A stretch of 64,000 nt of DNA from Candidatus Berkelbacteria bacterium (GCA_029865605.1 JAOUGE010000001.1:19840-83839); one strand, 5' to 3'. Shown: positions 9,298 to 18,326, counted from the stretch's first letter. The notes: generated by a model not told the origin, from the sequence alone. Numbers and translations are program-made.

Positions 9298-10818
9298 ATG
9301 AAAAAAGCTCTTAGTAGGTTTCTGGGATTATTTCTCATTCTAGGCTTAGCCATAGGTCTAACCGGTTGTTCCGGGTCAAATCAGCAATCCGGCGAAAAAA
9401 TAACTCTTTATTGGTGGCGCAGCCGCGAAGATGCCAACGAGGATGTTTTACAGGAAGTCATCAAGGGCTTTGAGAGCGAAAATAAGACCGTCAAAATAGA
9501 ACTTGTCCTAAAAGATCCGAGAACTTACGAGCAGGAACTGACCGAAGCTTTAGCCGCTCATCAGACAGTTCAGGACGCTCCGGATATTATTTCGATTAAG
9601 GGCGAGGATCTGCCCAAATATGTTCCCCTGCTCACACCAGCGCCGGGCAATCTTTTTGATGCTGAAGTGAGCAAAAGTAAAAAAACCGGCGAGACAACAA
9701 CTCAATATGTTCAAGGGCTGTTTGAGGATGTTGTTATAAAGAGCGTCATTTTCAACGATGACGGCAAGCAGTTGGTTTATGGTTTGCCAATGGCGATTGA
9801 TAATTTAGCGGTCTATAAGAACAAGAAGCTTTTTTCTCAAGCCGTCGAAAGGTTAACTACAGCCAATAAAGCTGAAAAAAATCTTTCAACGACTCAAATC
9901 AAGGAAATCAAAACTTTAATTGAGGGTGATATCGACACTTGGCAGAAGCTGGTTGAAGTGGTGCCGTATTTGAAGGTTGCTGACGGGGTAAATATCAGCC
10001 AGGCGGCGATCGCCCTCGGCACATCTTTAAACGTCGAGCGCTCCTATGACATCTTACAAACAATAATGATGCAAAATGGAACTGCTATGACGAATGAAGG
10101 ATTGGATACGGCAACTTTTAACCTAAGCCAAACCGGCACCGTCGCCACCAAAACACCCGGTGAAGAGGCTTTGAAATTTTATTTAAGATTTTCAAACCCC
10201 AACGATCCTAAGGCTTATACTTGGAATGATAAAATGCCTAATTCTGTCGATGCCTTTATGCAGGGGCAAACAGCAATGATGATTCATTACGCCAGCACTT
10301 ACCGGCATATTATTAACGAAACGCCGACGATTAAGTCCTCGCTTGATGTTGTGCCGATGTTTCAACTGGCCGATCCGAAAGTGCCGACCTCTCAAGATAG
10401 GCTCAAGACCTTTGCCAGGATGTGGGTCGAGGCCGTCCCCTCGGCTAAGGGGGATCAGAAACTTCAAAACGCGGCCTGGAGCTTTGTTCACCATATTACC
10501 AGCAAAACAGGCAGCAGGCCCTACCTTCAAGCAATGAAACTTCCCTCCGCTCTGCGGGATGCCTCATCGACTGCGAAGTTTGACGTCTTTGATGATCAAA
10601 AGAAATTTTCTGATACATGGTATAAGGGCCACCGAGCATTAGAAATTGACAAGCTTTTTATTGGGATGATTGACGAGGCCTACACCGCACGCAAATCCTT
10701 AAAGGATGCTCTTGACGGAGCGGCTGCTCAAACGACGGCGGTTTTGCAAGCCAGTCGGGCTAAGTGGGCAACGGCAGCGCCTTCGGCCGCTGAAGAGGAG
10801 GCGGGAAGTGGACCCTGA
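9298..10818 (+). CDS. lipoprotein of the extracellular solute-binding protein family 1 (ABC-type SBP fold), with no permease or ATPase partner nearby
   Basis: Lipobox LAIGLTGCSG, then ITLYWWRS...KTVKIELVLKDP...APDIISIK typical of SBP_bac_1. Embedded inside the T4SS-like locus. Confidence 0.5.
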   Translation: MKKALSRFLGLFLILGLAIGLTGCSGSNQQSGEKITLYWWRSREDANEDVLQEVIKGFESENKTVKIELVLKDPRTYEQELTEALAAHQTVQDAPDIISIKGEDLPKYVPLLTPAPGNLFDAEVSKSKKTGETTTQYVQGLFEDVVIKSVIFNDDGKQLVYGLPMAIDNLAVYKNKKLFSQAVERLTTANKAEKNLSTTQIKEIKTLIEGDIDTWQKLVEVVPYLKVADGVNISQAAIALGTSLNVERSYDILQTIMMQNGTAMTNEGLDTATFNLSQTGTVATKTPGEEALKFYLRFSNPNDPKAYTWNDKMPNSVDAFMQGQTAMMIHYASTYRHIINETPTIKSSLDVVPMFQLADPKVPTSQDRLKTFARMWVEAVPSAKGDQKLQNAAWSFVHHITSKTGSRPYLQAMKLPSALRDASSTAKFDVFDDQKKFSDTWYKGHRALEIDKLFIGMIDEAYTARKSLKDALDGAAAQTTAVLQASRAKWATAAPSAAEEEAGSGP

Positions 10819-11044
10819 TGTTCAACAATTAATTGGTTTGGTTGCCCGCTGGTACTGGCAGTTGATTTTGCCGGCGGGGACGATTTTAGCCGGAGTTATG
10901 ATTGCCTACGGCGGGATAATTTATTCAACCTCCGCCGGGGAACCAACCAAGGTTGGAAAAGGTAAGGAGTTCATCTTTGGAGCAATTACAGGATTGATCC
11001 TTTTGCTCACAGCGGCCTTAATTATAAGAGCGATTATAACCTGA
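10808..11044 (+). CDS. T4SS pilin-like small membrane protein, paralog 1 (start uncertain; GTG overlapping the SBP stop)
   Basis: Two hydrophobic helices flanking IAYGGIIYSTSAGEPTKVGKGKEFIFGAITGLILL, the motif shared by the five paralogs. Confidence 0.5.
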   Translation: MDPDVQQLIGLVARWYWQLILPAGTILAGVMIAYGGIIYSTSAGEPTKVGKGKEFIFGAITGLILLLTAALIIRAIIT

Positions 11045-11388
11045 TGGAAAACCTAATTAAATTGATTTCTCAAAGAGCTTACGCTCAAGTTGGAGAGGAA
11101 ATCGACCGGCAGTTGAACCCGACGCCCTGGGTAGGGGGGGATGCCGGCGATATGATCTGGGCTCTTTTAAGCAATGTTTTAAGCCGTTTTCCTTATTTTC
11201 TGGGGGGGTTAGCTTTTGTCGCTCTTCTTTACGCCGGCGCGCTTTACATCTTCTCGACGGGAGACCCTCAAAAAATGGAAATGGCCAAAAAAAATATTGT
11301 CTGGGTTATCATCGGAGTTCTGGCGGTAGCAATGATTTATGCCGCTTTAGCGGCAGTCGCCTTTTTGGTTAGACCGAGGATAGGATAA
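11044..11388 (+). CDS. T4SS pilin-like small membrane protein, paralog 2
   Basis: LLYAGALYIFSTGDPQKMEMAKKNIVWVIIGVLAV motif; two TM helices; VirB2/TrbC-like size. Confidence 0.6.
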   Translation: MENLIKLISQRAYAQVGEEIDRQLNPTPWVGGDAGDMIWALLSNVLSRFPYFLGGLAFVALLYAGALYIFSTGDPQKMEMAKKNIVWVIIGVLAVAMIYAALAAVAFLVRPRIG

Positions 11389-11397
11389 AGGGGAAAT

Positions 11398-11790
11398 ATG
11401 TTTGGACTTGAGGGTTTTTCAGGTGCAGTCAACAGCGCGGTGGCCGGCTCTACTTCTGGTGATGATTTACCAGGGAGGTTGTACGGCGCGGTCGCTGATT
11501 GGTTCTCGGGTAATATTTTACCTCTTATCATCGGCATAGGAGTATTTGTAGCAGTTATTTTTGTTTTTTATGGTGCTTTTTTATATTTTACTGCCTACGG
11601 CGACGAGAATCGGGCGATGCTGGCTAAAAAGACGATTACCTATGCTTTTGTCGGGCTTATCATCGTCGGGCTTGCTTTTGCCATCGCCTCTTTCGTTCAA
11701 AGAGCTCTGATAAGAAACGAGGGGGGCGGGATAGAAGTTCCGACCGGTCCGCATACGGAAGATGATATAAGAAAAGAAAAGCTTTTTTAA
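11398..11790 (+). CDS. T4SS pilin-like small membrane protein, paralog 3
   Basis: VFYGAFLYFTAYGDENRAMLAKKTITYAFVGLIIV motif; two TM helices. Confidence 0.6.
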   Translation: MFGLEGFSGAVNSAVAGSTSGDDLPGRLYGAVADWFSGNILPLIIGIGVFVAVIFVFYGAFLYFTAYGDENRAMLAKKTITYAFVGLIIVGLAFAIASFVQRALIRNEGGGIEVPTGPHTEDDIRKEKLF

Positions 11791-11812
11791 CTAATATTAA
11801 TATTCATAACAT

Positions 11813-12190
11813 ATGCCGGAAATTGATTTAAAAGGAGTGATTGACAGGTTCCAGGGTTTAAGCGGGATGACCACACCGATTGTCAACCCGACCCCCCCTC
11901 CTGTTCGTGGAGGGGAAATGGAAAGCATCGGAATTAACTGGCAGAGCGTTATCAATCCGTCCGACTTCTACTACAGGCTGGTTTTGTCTTTCCTTTACGT
12001 TCTGGGGTCGATTACGGTGATTGTTTTGATATATGGCGGAATTCTTTACCTTTCTTCAGGAGGGGATGTTGAGAAAGCCGAGAGGGGAAAAAAGACGATC
12101 ATCGGAGCGATAATTGGTTTGATTGTGATTGCCGCTGCCTATGCTGGCTATAATTTTATGATTGGCGCGCTGACCGGGGGATTAACTTAG
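11813..12190 (+). CDS. T4SS pilin-like small membrane protein, paralog 4
   Basis: LIYGGILYLSSGGDVEKAERGKKTIIGAIIGLIVI motif; two TM helices. Confidence 0.6.
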   Translation: MPEIDLKGVIDRFQGLSGMTTPIVNPTPPPVRGGEMESIGINWQSVINPSDFYYRLVLSFLYVLGSITVIVLIYGGILYLSSGGDVEKAERGKKTIIGAIIGLIVIAAAYAGYNFMIGALTGGLT

Positions 12191-12195
12191 AATTT

Positions 12196-13908
12196 ATGGC
12201 AAATAACAACGAGTCGAACAGCAATAGCGAGTCGAACAGCCCGGAAACAAAACCTGGCGTTGAAACAAGAAGGGGGGAGGGTCTTGTTAAAGAGCTGCCG
12301 ATTTTGGCAACCTCGATTTTGGGGACGGCTCTTATCGCTTTGGGGATCGGCTTTTCCCAGCCCGTGGGCGAGCAGTCAAAGCTTCAATATACCGGCGATC
12401 TCTGGTGTGTCTCAAACTGGGTTGAAGAGAGGCCCTACCGTCAGCTTCCTGACGGCCGGCCGGCTAAAGATCCGAGACTGGTGGGTAAAGAAGACTGGAT
12501 TGTCCGCGAGCAGGTAGCGGCCAAAACCAAAGATGAAGCGGAAGCTAAAGCGCGAGAAAATAGCCACGGCTCTTTCGAACCCTCTGACGCTGACGCCCTG
12601 CGCGGCTATTTGGACCAAAATAATAAAGACGCTTTTACGTCGTATTTTAACACTGGCGCGACGGCTCCCGGGCCATGCATGGGGACCGGGGACACGAGTG
12701 TCCAAACCGGCAAGTGGTTGAGCGACATAATAAGAGAGATTTGCTTTGGCATAACTGGTGTGTCGGGAGAGAGAAAAGACCCTTATAACCCAACTGCTTT
12801 CACGGCCGATCAAATCAACCAATATTTGGCTCAAAAATATCCCAAGAGTCCCCTAGCGGGTCTTGGCGCCGCGTTTGTTGAAGCGGCCCAAAAAAATAAT
12901 GTGAACCCGGGCTTCTTGCTTGGTATGGCCAATGCGGAAACATCACTTGGCTCTGGACCAGCGGTTGGCAGTTATAGTCTTTTTAATATCGGCGATGTTC
13001 GCAACGCCCGCAATTATTCTAGTTTTGAAGAGTCAATATCAGACGGGGCCAAACTTTTGGGTAGCGATTCATATCGGAAATTGCAAGGTGCTCATGAAAT
13101 ACGACTCAAGTGGTGCGGGTATGAAGGGGAGTCCGAAAGTAGCGGCGCTACTATCTCTGACGGCTCGGTTATTCATTACCTTTGTGCTAACGGGAATTCG
13201 AAATGGGAAGATGAAGTCAACATAGTTCTTGATGAGATGATCGCGATGTTCCCTGACTCTGGCGCTGCTACCGATGCAACCCCTGAGCTTTTGCCAAATG
13301 CCCCAGAGTGGTGTCCGACGACACCGCCCGCGGTTGGCCCCTCTTCGGGCGAGGATTACCGGCAACAGATTGCCCAGAAGTTTGCTGAGGAGATGAATAA
13401 GAGAGGTCGCGGCGGCGCAACTTCTGGAGAAGCGCTCGGGTTTTTTGACCGGCTCTTGGCAGCGATGCCCGGTACTTTACCGCCGGCGGCAAATAATATT
13501 GTTAAAGTTGCCCAGGGGGAAATTGGCTATGCCGCCAATGACAATTGCGCCAAGTATAATGCTTATGAAATTAACGGTACGCGTTGCTGGGCCTGGTGCG
13601 CTGCTTTTGTGACTTGGGTTTATAACAAAGCGGGTTTAAACATTGAGAGATCTGGTGGAACTGTTAGGCTAATGGAGCTTTTCCAAAACGGCCACAGTTT
13701 TATTAAAACTGCCGGCGGAACAGGATACAAGCCAATGGCCGGGGACGTTTTCTGGATGAAGGCCAATAATTCCAGCGGCTATCATGTCGGGATCGTAGAG
13801 ACAGTTATTGGCAACACCGTCTTCACAATTGAGGGCAATGTAACCGGTGATGTAGTAGCGAGGAGAAGGCACGGCTTAGGTGAATTTTATGCTTTTGGGA
13901 GGTGGTAA
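12196..13908 (+). CDS. secreted cell-wall hydrolase with C-terminal CHAP domain (VirB1/PrgK/TcpG-like peptidoglycan hydrolase)
   Basis: C-terminal CWAWCAAFVTWVYNKAG ... GDVFWMKANNSSGYHVGIVETV gives the CHAP Cys and His. Central NPGFLLGMANAETSLGSG is glycosidase-like. N-terminal TM anchor. Confidence 0.7.
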   Translation: MANNNESNSNSESNSPETKPGVETRRGEGLVKELPILATSILGTALIALGIGFSQPVGEQSKLQYTGDLWCVSNWVEERPYRQLPDGRPAKDPRLVGKEDWIVREQVAAKTKDEAEAKARENSHGSFEPSDADALRGYLDQNNKDAFTSYFNTGATAPGPCMGTGDTSVQTGKWLSDIIREICFGITGVSGERKDPYNPTAFTADQINQYLAQKYPKSPLAGLGAAFVEAAQKNNVNPGFLLGMANAETSLGSGPAVGSYSLFNIGDVRNARNYSSFEESISDGAKLLGSDSYRKLQGAHEIRLKWCGYEGESESSGATISDGSVIHYLCANGNSKWEDEVNIVLDEMIAMFPDSGAATDATPELLPNAPEWCPTTPPAVGPSSGEDYRQQIAQKFAEEMNKRGRGGATSGEALGFFDRLLAAMPGTLPPAANNIVKVAQGEIGYAANDNCAKYNAYEINGTRCWAWCAAFVTWVYNKAGLNIERSGGTVRLMELFQNGHSFIKTAGGTGYKPMAGDVFWMKANNSSGYHVGIVETVIGNTVFTIEGNVTGDVVARRRHGLGEFYAFGRW

Positions 13909-14957
13909 TGGCAAATATTGGTAAAACCTTGTTTAAATTCAGATATCTGCTGATTATTTTTGCTGTTTTAATCATATTAATTGCGGTTTTGGTTTTAAAA
14001 AATAAGGGCGATCTTTCCCAGAGTACTCTTTCTAATAAAGAAGTTTCTGCACCGGTGGAAAGTTTTGCCAGAAGCAGCCTTCATTATTATTCAAGCAGTG
14101 ACGACCAAAACTTTTTTTACGGCTTTGATTCTGGTAATAAAAAGCTGGTTCAATTTAAAAGAAGCGACTTTAAACAAAATGGCCGTCAAATTTCCTTTGA
14201 GACTGTAGAGCAGGTTTACTCAAACAGCGCCTATGAAAATGTTATTATTAAGGGCTCAAGGCCAAAGGAAGAATTTCCCCGATTCTATTTTTGTGATTTT
14301 GAGCTTGGCAGCTGTCAGTCTTCGGCTTTACCTATCGGAGCGCTTTCTCTCTTACCGGCTAGCAACAAGGCGATAGCCCAGATCATTAATGAGGAAAAAG
14401 CGACCTTTGAACTCGTGGACTTGAAGTCGGAGGAATTTAAAGAACTTGCCTCAACGGATTCTTTTGAGTATAAGTTGGAATTCATTGACGATAAGACCGG
14501 CATGTTTTTTGCTGAGCCGACCGAGCCCGGGATTAATAACCCGATCTCGACCATATCTCTTGAGAACGGTCAAATAAAGACGGTTTTACGCGAGGCCAGC
14601 TCCTATCGGCTTTCGCCGCAAAGAAAATACCTGATTTTTTCCAAAGAAGCGAAAGACAAAACCCTTGTTTATTTATACGATATCGCCAAAAGCAGAGAAA
14701 CAATTCTTGAAACCAACAGTATTCACCAAGCGTTCTTTTCTCAAGATGAGAGCAAAATTTATATCGTCGAAATTTTACCTGATGAACAAAAAGCAAAACT
14801 CCTTTTTTATTCCATGGGGAATGTCTCGGCCGAACCGACACTTATCAAAGAATATGCCTTTGGCAAAGATGACGAACTGACAGATGTGATTTGGCTTCGC
14901 GGTAGCGAATATCTTCTTTTAACTAAAGACGGTCTGGAGATGAGAATCGCTCTTTAA
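13902..14957 (+). CDS. N-terminally anchored hypothetical protein (351 aa)
   Basis: ORF overlaps the previous stop by 7 nt. TM helix LLIIFAVLIILIAVLVL. No recognisable motif. Confidence 0.4.
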   Translation: MVMANIGKTLFKFRYLLIIFAVLIILIAVLVLKNKGDLSQSTLSNKEVSAPVESFARSSLHYYSSSDDQNFFYGFDSGNKKLVQFKRSDFKQNGRQISFETVEQVYSNSAYENVIIKGSRPKEEFPRFYFCDFELGSCQSSALPIGALSLLPASNKAIAQIINEEKATFELVDLKSEEFKELASTDSFEYKLEFIDDKTGMFFAEPTEPGINNPISTISLENGQIKTVLREASSYRLSPQRKYLIFSKEAKDKTLVYLYDIAKSRETILETNSIHQAFFSQDESKIYIVEILPDEQKAKLLFYSMGNVSAEPTLIKEYAFGKDDELTDVIWLRGSEYLLLTKDGLEMRIAL

Positions 14958-15059
14958 CATATGTATTTGACTGGTTTTAAAAATACGGCTATTGTATAGA
15001 CAAGCGAAAAATAGTATTTTAGTAAGTAGTTATTTATATTAATATTAGGGAGGGAGAAA

Positions 15060-15428
15060 ATGAAAGCTCTAGATAAAGTTCTATCGGTAGGCGGAAAAAT
15101 TGCTGGCGTGGTTGCTCTGTCATCAATTTATGGTCCGGTGGCGCATGCGCAAATAACGCAAGGCCCGATTGAAGGGATTAGCCTTTATGGGGGGTCGCTG
15201 GGCGAATTGATCGATATTATTATCCAGGTCGTACTATGGGGCGCTGGGGCTATTGCTTTTGCTTATCTTATTTATGGCGGTATCTCGTATATCACCGCCG
15301 GCGGCGATGCGGAAAAAGCGGGTAAAGGCCGAACGGCAATCCTTAACGCGGTGATTGGTATAATCGTTGTTTCGGCTGCATTAGCTATTTACAAATTTGT
15401 TTTACAGGGCGTAGCCGGCGACCTCTAG
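15060..15428 (+). CDS. T4SS pilin-like small membrane protein, paralog 5
   Basis: LIYGGISYITAGGDAEKAGKGRTAILNAVIGIIVV motif. Strong RBS gggagggagaaaATG and a TTGACT/TATTGT promoter-like upstream region. Confidence 0.6.
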   Translation: MKALDKVLSVGGKIAGVVALSSIYGPVAHAQITQGPIEGISLYGGSLGELIDIIIQVVLWGAGAIAFAYLIYGGISYITAGGDAEKAGKGRTAILNAVIGIIVVSAALAIYKFVLQGVAGDL

Positions 15429-15449
15429 TCCAGTTGTTTTAAGAAGCTG

Positions 15450-16994
15450 TCATTCACTGGTGACTCGCCTTACCTCTTTTTCGGTAGTGATGCCAAGGCG
15501 GACTTTTTCTATTCCGTCTTGAAACATTGTCACCATTCCGTCGGCTCTGGCGGCTTGTTCAAACTCGACAATCGTGCCCTTTTTCTGGATCAACTCCTCG
15601 ATTTTGGGGGTAATTTTCATTGTCTCGATAATGGCAATCCTGCCTTTATAGCCAGTGCCTTTGCAAGTTGAGCACGGGGTTTGGCCCTGAGAGCCAGTCC
15701 CTCTGCAGGTTTTGCAGATCATTCTAACTAGTCTTTGGGCGATGATTAAGTTGATTGAACCGGACAGAAGAAACGGCTTAACTCCTATGTCCAAAAGCCG
15801 CGGGATAGATGAAGGAGCGGAATTGGTGTGGAGAGTCGTCAAAACCAAATGGCCGGTCAAAGAAGCTTGAAGGGCTGTTTCGGCCGTTTCTTTATCTCTG
15901 ATTTCGCCGACCATAATGATATCCGGGTCTTGGCGCAAGGCGTGCTTTAAACCGATGGCAAAGTCATAGCCTTTGCTTGGATTGACTTGGCTTTGATCGA
16001 TTCCCTCGATTCGGTATTCAATTGGATCTTCAAGGGTGATTATTTTGACTTCCGATTTATTTAGCTTTTGCAAAATAGCATATAAAGTAGTCGTTTTTCC
16101 CGAACCGGTCGGGCCAGTGTTGAAGATAGCGCCGTTTGGCTTTGAAATCGCCTCCTCGATCGCTTGCATGGCGTCTTCGCGGAAACCTAGCTTCTCGAGT
16201 GTTATTAAAGCCCCTGAAGGATTTAAAAGCCGGCAAACGATTACCTCGCCCCAAGCTCCGGGGATAAGCGAAACCCTAACATCTATATTTTGGGCGGCGA
16301 TTTGAATTTCAAAGCGGCCGTCTTGGGGGATTTCAGTTACATTGAGCTTCAATTTTGAAAGATATTTGATGCGATTTCTGATTGCTTTGTAGGTTTCCGG
16401 CGGCAGTTTGGCGACATCTTGAAGCATCCCGTCGAGGCGGTAGCGCAGCCTTGCGCCGTCTTCAGCTGGTTCGATATGAATGTCTGAGGCGTCAAGATGA
16501 ACCGCTCCGGCAAAAACAATATCAAGAATTTCTGTTGTTTCGGTTTGGGTAATCTTGTTGCCGATTGATTTGAGGTCCTGTGCTCCGCCAAATTTAGCCT
16601 TGATGTATTCATCGGAGACGATATGTCTCTCAAGCGTTCGGGGCTTCTCCTTGACGAACTCAAGCTGGGCCAGGCCGTATCTCAATGAACTTTCCGAGCA
16701 GAGATAGAGGTGAAATTTGTAATTGGTGGATACGGAGAGCTCCCTCAAAAACGGCACCAGACGAGGGTCTTCCGGCTTTGAAGCCGCTACCTTGACTTGG
16801 TCGTTTAAGCGATAAAAAGGAATAACGCCATGCTCTCTGGCCTGCTCTTTGGGGATGATAGAGAGTACTTCTGGAGTGAAAGGATAGCCGACCAAATTAA
16901 CATAAGGTACGCCGACCTTGGCTGACTTTTCGCGAGTCGCTTTCTCCTCCCCTTCGCGAGAGAATATTTTGAGGGCTTTGTCGATATCGGGCAT
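15450..16994 (-). CDS. GspE/PilB/VirB11-superfamily secretion ATPase (514 aa) with N-terminal GspE_N-like domain and C-terminal tetracysteine motif
   Basis: Walker A GPTGSGKTTTLYA, Walker B DPDIIMVGEIRD, His box TLHTNSA, CKTCRGTG...CSTCKGTG zinc motif. Confidence 0.8.
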   Translation of the reverse strand: MPDIDKALKIFSREGEEKATREKSAKVGVPYVNLVGYPFTPEVLSIIPKEQAREHGVIPFYRLNDQVKVAASKPEDPRLVPFLRELSVSTNYKFHLYLCSESSLRYGLAQLEFVKEKPRTLERHIVSDEYIKAKFGGAQDLKSIGNKITQTETTEILDIVFAGAVHLDASDIHIEPAEDGARLRYRLDGMLQDVAKLPPETYKAIRNRIKYLSKLKLNVTEIPQDGRFEIQIAAQNIDVRVSLIPGAWGEVIVCRLLNPSGALITLEKLGFREDAMQAIEEAISKPNGAIFNTGPTGSGKTTTLYAILQKLNKSEVKIITLEDPIEYRIEGIDQSQVNPSKGYDFAIGLKHALRQDPDIIMVGEIRDKETAETALQASLTGHLVLTTLHTNSAPSSIPRLLDIGVKPFLLSGSINLIIAQRLVRMICKTCRGTGSQGQTPCSTCKGTGYKGRIAIIETMKITPKIEELIQKKGTIVEFEQAARADGMVTMFQDGIEKVRLGITTEKEVRRVTSE

Positions 16995-16998
16995 AGCA

Positions 16999-17024
16999 GT
17001 TAAAAGCTAAAAGTTAAAAGCTTA
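16999..17024. repeat. direct repeat gttaaaagct x2 in the promoter region of the secretion ATPase gene
   Basis: Seen at 16999-17008 and 17014-17023. Confidence 0.5.
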
Positions 17025-17051
17025 TACATTATTATGCAATTTATTTGTATC

Positions 17052-17083
17052 CACTTTACCCTTTTCACTTTACCCTTTTCACT
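17052..17083. repeat. tandem repeat cactttaccctttt x2.3
   Basis: Two perfect 14-nt units plus a partial third, between the ATPase gene start and the high-GC island. Confidence 0.6.
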
Positions 17084-17107
17084 GACTCTTTGCGAGTTTT
17101 GAGGGCT

Positions 17108-17153
17108 AAAAAACAGCAGGGCCCCGATCTCGCGTGGAGGCGAGGGGGCCCTG
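17108..17153 (-). terminator. GC-rich hairpin (cagggcccc...ggggccctg) followed on the minus strand by a T-run; terminator for the minus-strand island ORF
   Basis: About 14-bp imperfect stem. aaaaaa on the plus strand at 17108-17113 is a T-run in minus sense. Confidence 0.45.
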
Positions 17154-17201
17154 GTACGTGGGGACCTCGGGAAGCTCCCGAGGCTTACAGGCGGGGTGCG
17201 A

Positions 17202-17570
17202 TCAGGTGGATGTGAGTGCTCGGCTACTGGTTGTGCAGTGGCCTACACACGCATCCAGGAAGTCCTGGAACCAACCAGGTAGGTCTTCCCATTGCGCAGT
17301 GTACTGGGCGATCAGCCCTTCGTAGCTGTTCTCGCCTCTCCCTGGATGCAGGCGGGCAGAGGCAAGGACAAAGGCACCGAGCTGGTCCCAGCCGTGCTCG
17401 GCCGCGATGCCGATGGCCTCGCGGTAGAGACGTCGGCGGGCAAAGTCGATCGCTCTGTTGACTGTGCGGAGTCGCCTCTCAGACTTGACGGCTCTGAGAA
17501 ACACTGCAATCTGCATCAAGATGTCCTCTGGACGACAACGTCCTCCCTTGAACCGTGGCTTCTTAGGCAC
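17202..17570 (-). CDS. hypothetical protein in a 65% GC island (122 aa); possible mobile-element remnant
   Basis: Only non-degenerate frame in the island; the plus-strand frames are Arg/Ser-rich as expected for wrong frames in high-GC DNA. Own terminator. No family recognised. Confidence 0.25.
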   Translation of the reverse strand: MPKKPRFKGGRCRPEDILMQIAVFLRAVKSERRLRTVNRAIDFARRRLYREAIGIAAEHGWDQLGAFVLASARLHPGRGENSYEGLIAQYTAQWEDLPGWFQDFLDACVGHCTTSSRALTST

Positions 17571-17735
17571 GTCTGTCCCTCCCGTAGGTACGGCGCGATT
17601 TGTACTGCAACGACTTACGGCAGCTGCAAACCCTGATACGTTTAGGCATCCCCCCCTTTGAACGTGTCAAGGAACAACACTTACCCTCACATCTGCATCG
17701 ATGCGGCGGTTAGGTAGTCCCCCGTTAATTTGAAT

Positions 17736-18326
17736 TTATACCATAATAGGAGTACTTTTGTCAATCTCGTTCTTTTCTTTTTCAAAAAATTCTTTGACTT
17801 TTCCTCTGGCGAGTTTAGATTTGAGTTTCGGCATTCTTCTTTTTTTAAAGCTCTGTAAAAAGTCGCCGACGCTTTCCTTGGCCAATGATCCGACACCTGC
17901 CTTCTCCCGATCGATCATCCCCAAGCAATCCGCCTCAAAAACCATTTGTTCGTTAAAAGATTCGATTTTAGGGATATCGTCGTGTATCCGGACAAGATGA
18001 GTTATCTCTTTAACTTCCTTTTCTGAAAGGGGGAGGTCGTTAAGGATTTGCCGAGCCAGTTTTTCCCCCTTAATCATATGTTTCGGCTTGATTTGCCGAA
18101 GCTGTTGGTAGGTATATCCGGGTCCGATGAGGTCATAGTAGCCGATATCGTGAAGATAAATGGCCGGGATTAAGATTCTCTCGTCCCCGCCCTCGTGCTC
18201 TATCAACTGCTTCATCCAATAAACAGCCGCTTGGGTGTGGGGCAAATCCCAATTCGGACGGCATTTTATTAAAACCTCTTCCGCCTTCTGCTTAATTTTC
18301 TCTTCAAGTGCTCGGTCGAGTTTCAT
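17736..18326 (-). CDS. HD-domain phosphohydrolase
   Basis: ILIPAIYLHDIGYYDL (H...HD) and a second HLVRIHDDIPK motif. Confidence 0.6.
   Translation of the reverse strand: MKLDRALEEKIKQKAEEVLIKCRPNWDLPHTQAAVYWMKQLIEHEGGDERILIPAIYLHDIGYYDLIGPGYTYQQLRQIKPKHMIKGEKLARQILNDLPLSEKEVKEITHLVRIHDDIPKIESFNEQMVFEADCLGMIDREKAGVGSLAKESVGDFLQSFKKRRMPKLKSKLARGKVKEFFEKEKNEIDKSTPIMV

Noticed and set aside
17134-17661. Several plus-strand ORFs (63-114 aa) inside the 17.1-17.7 kb island
   Set aside because: Arg/Ser/Pro-rich out-of-frame composition. Only the minus-strand 122-aa ORF has balanced composition and a terminator.
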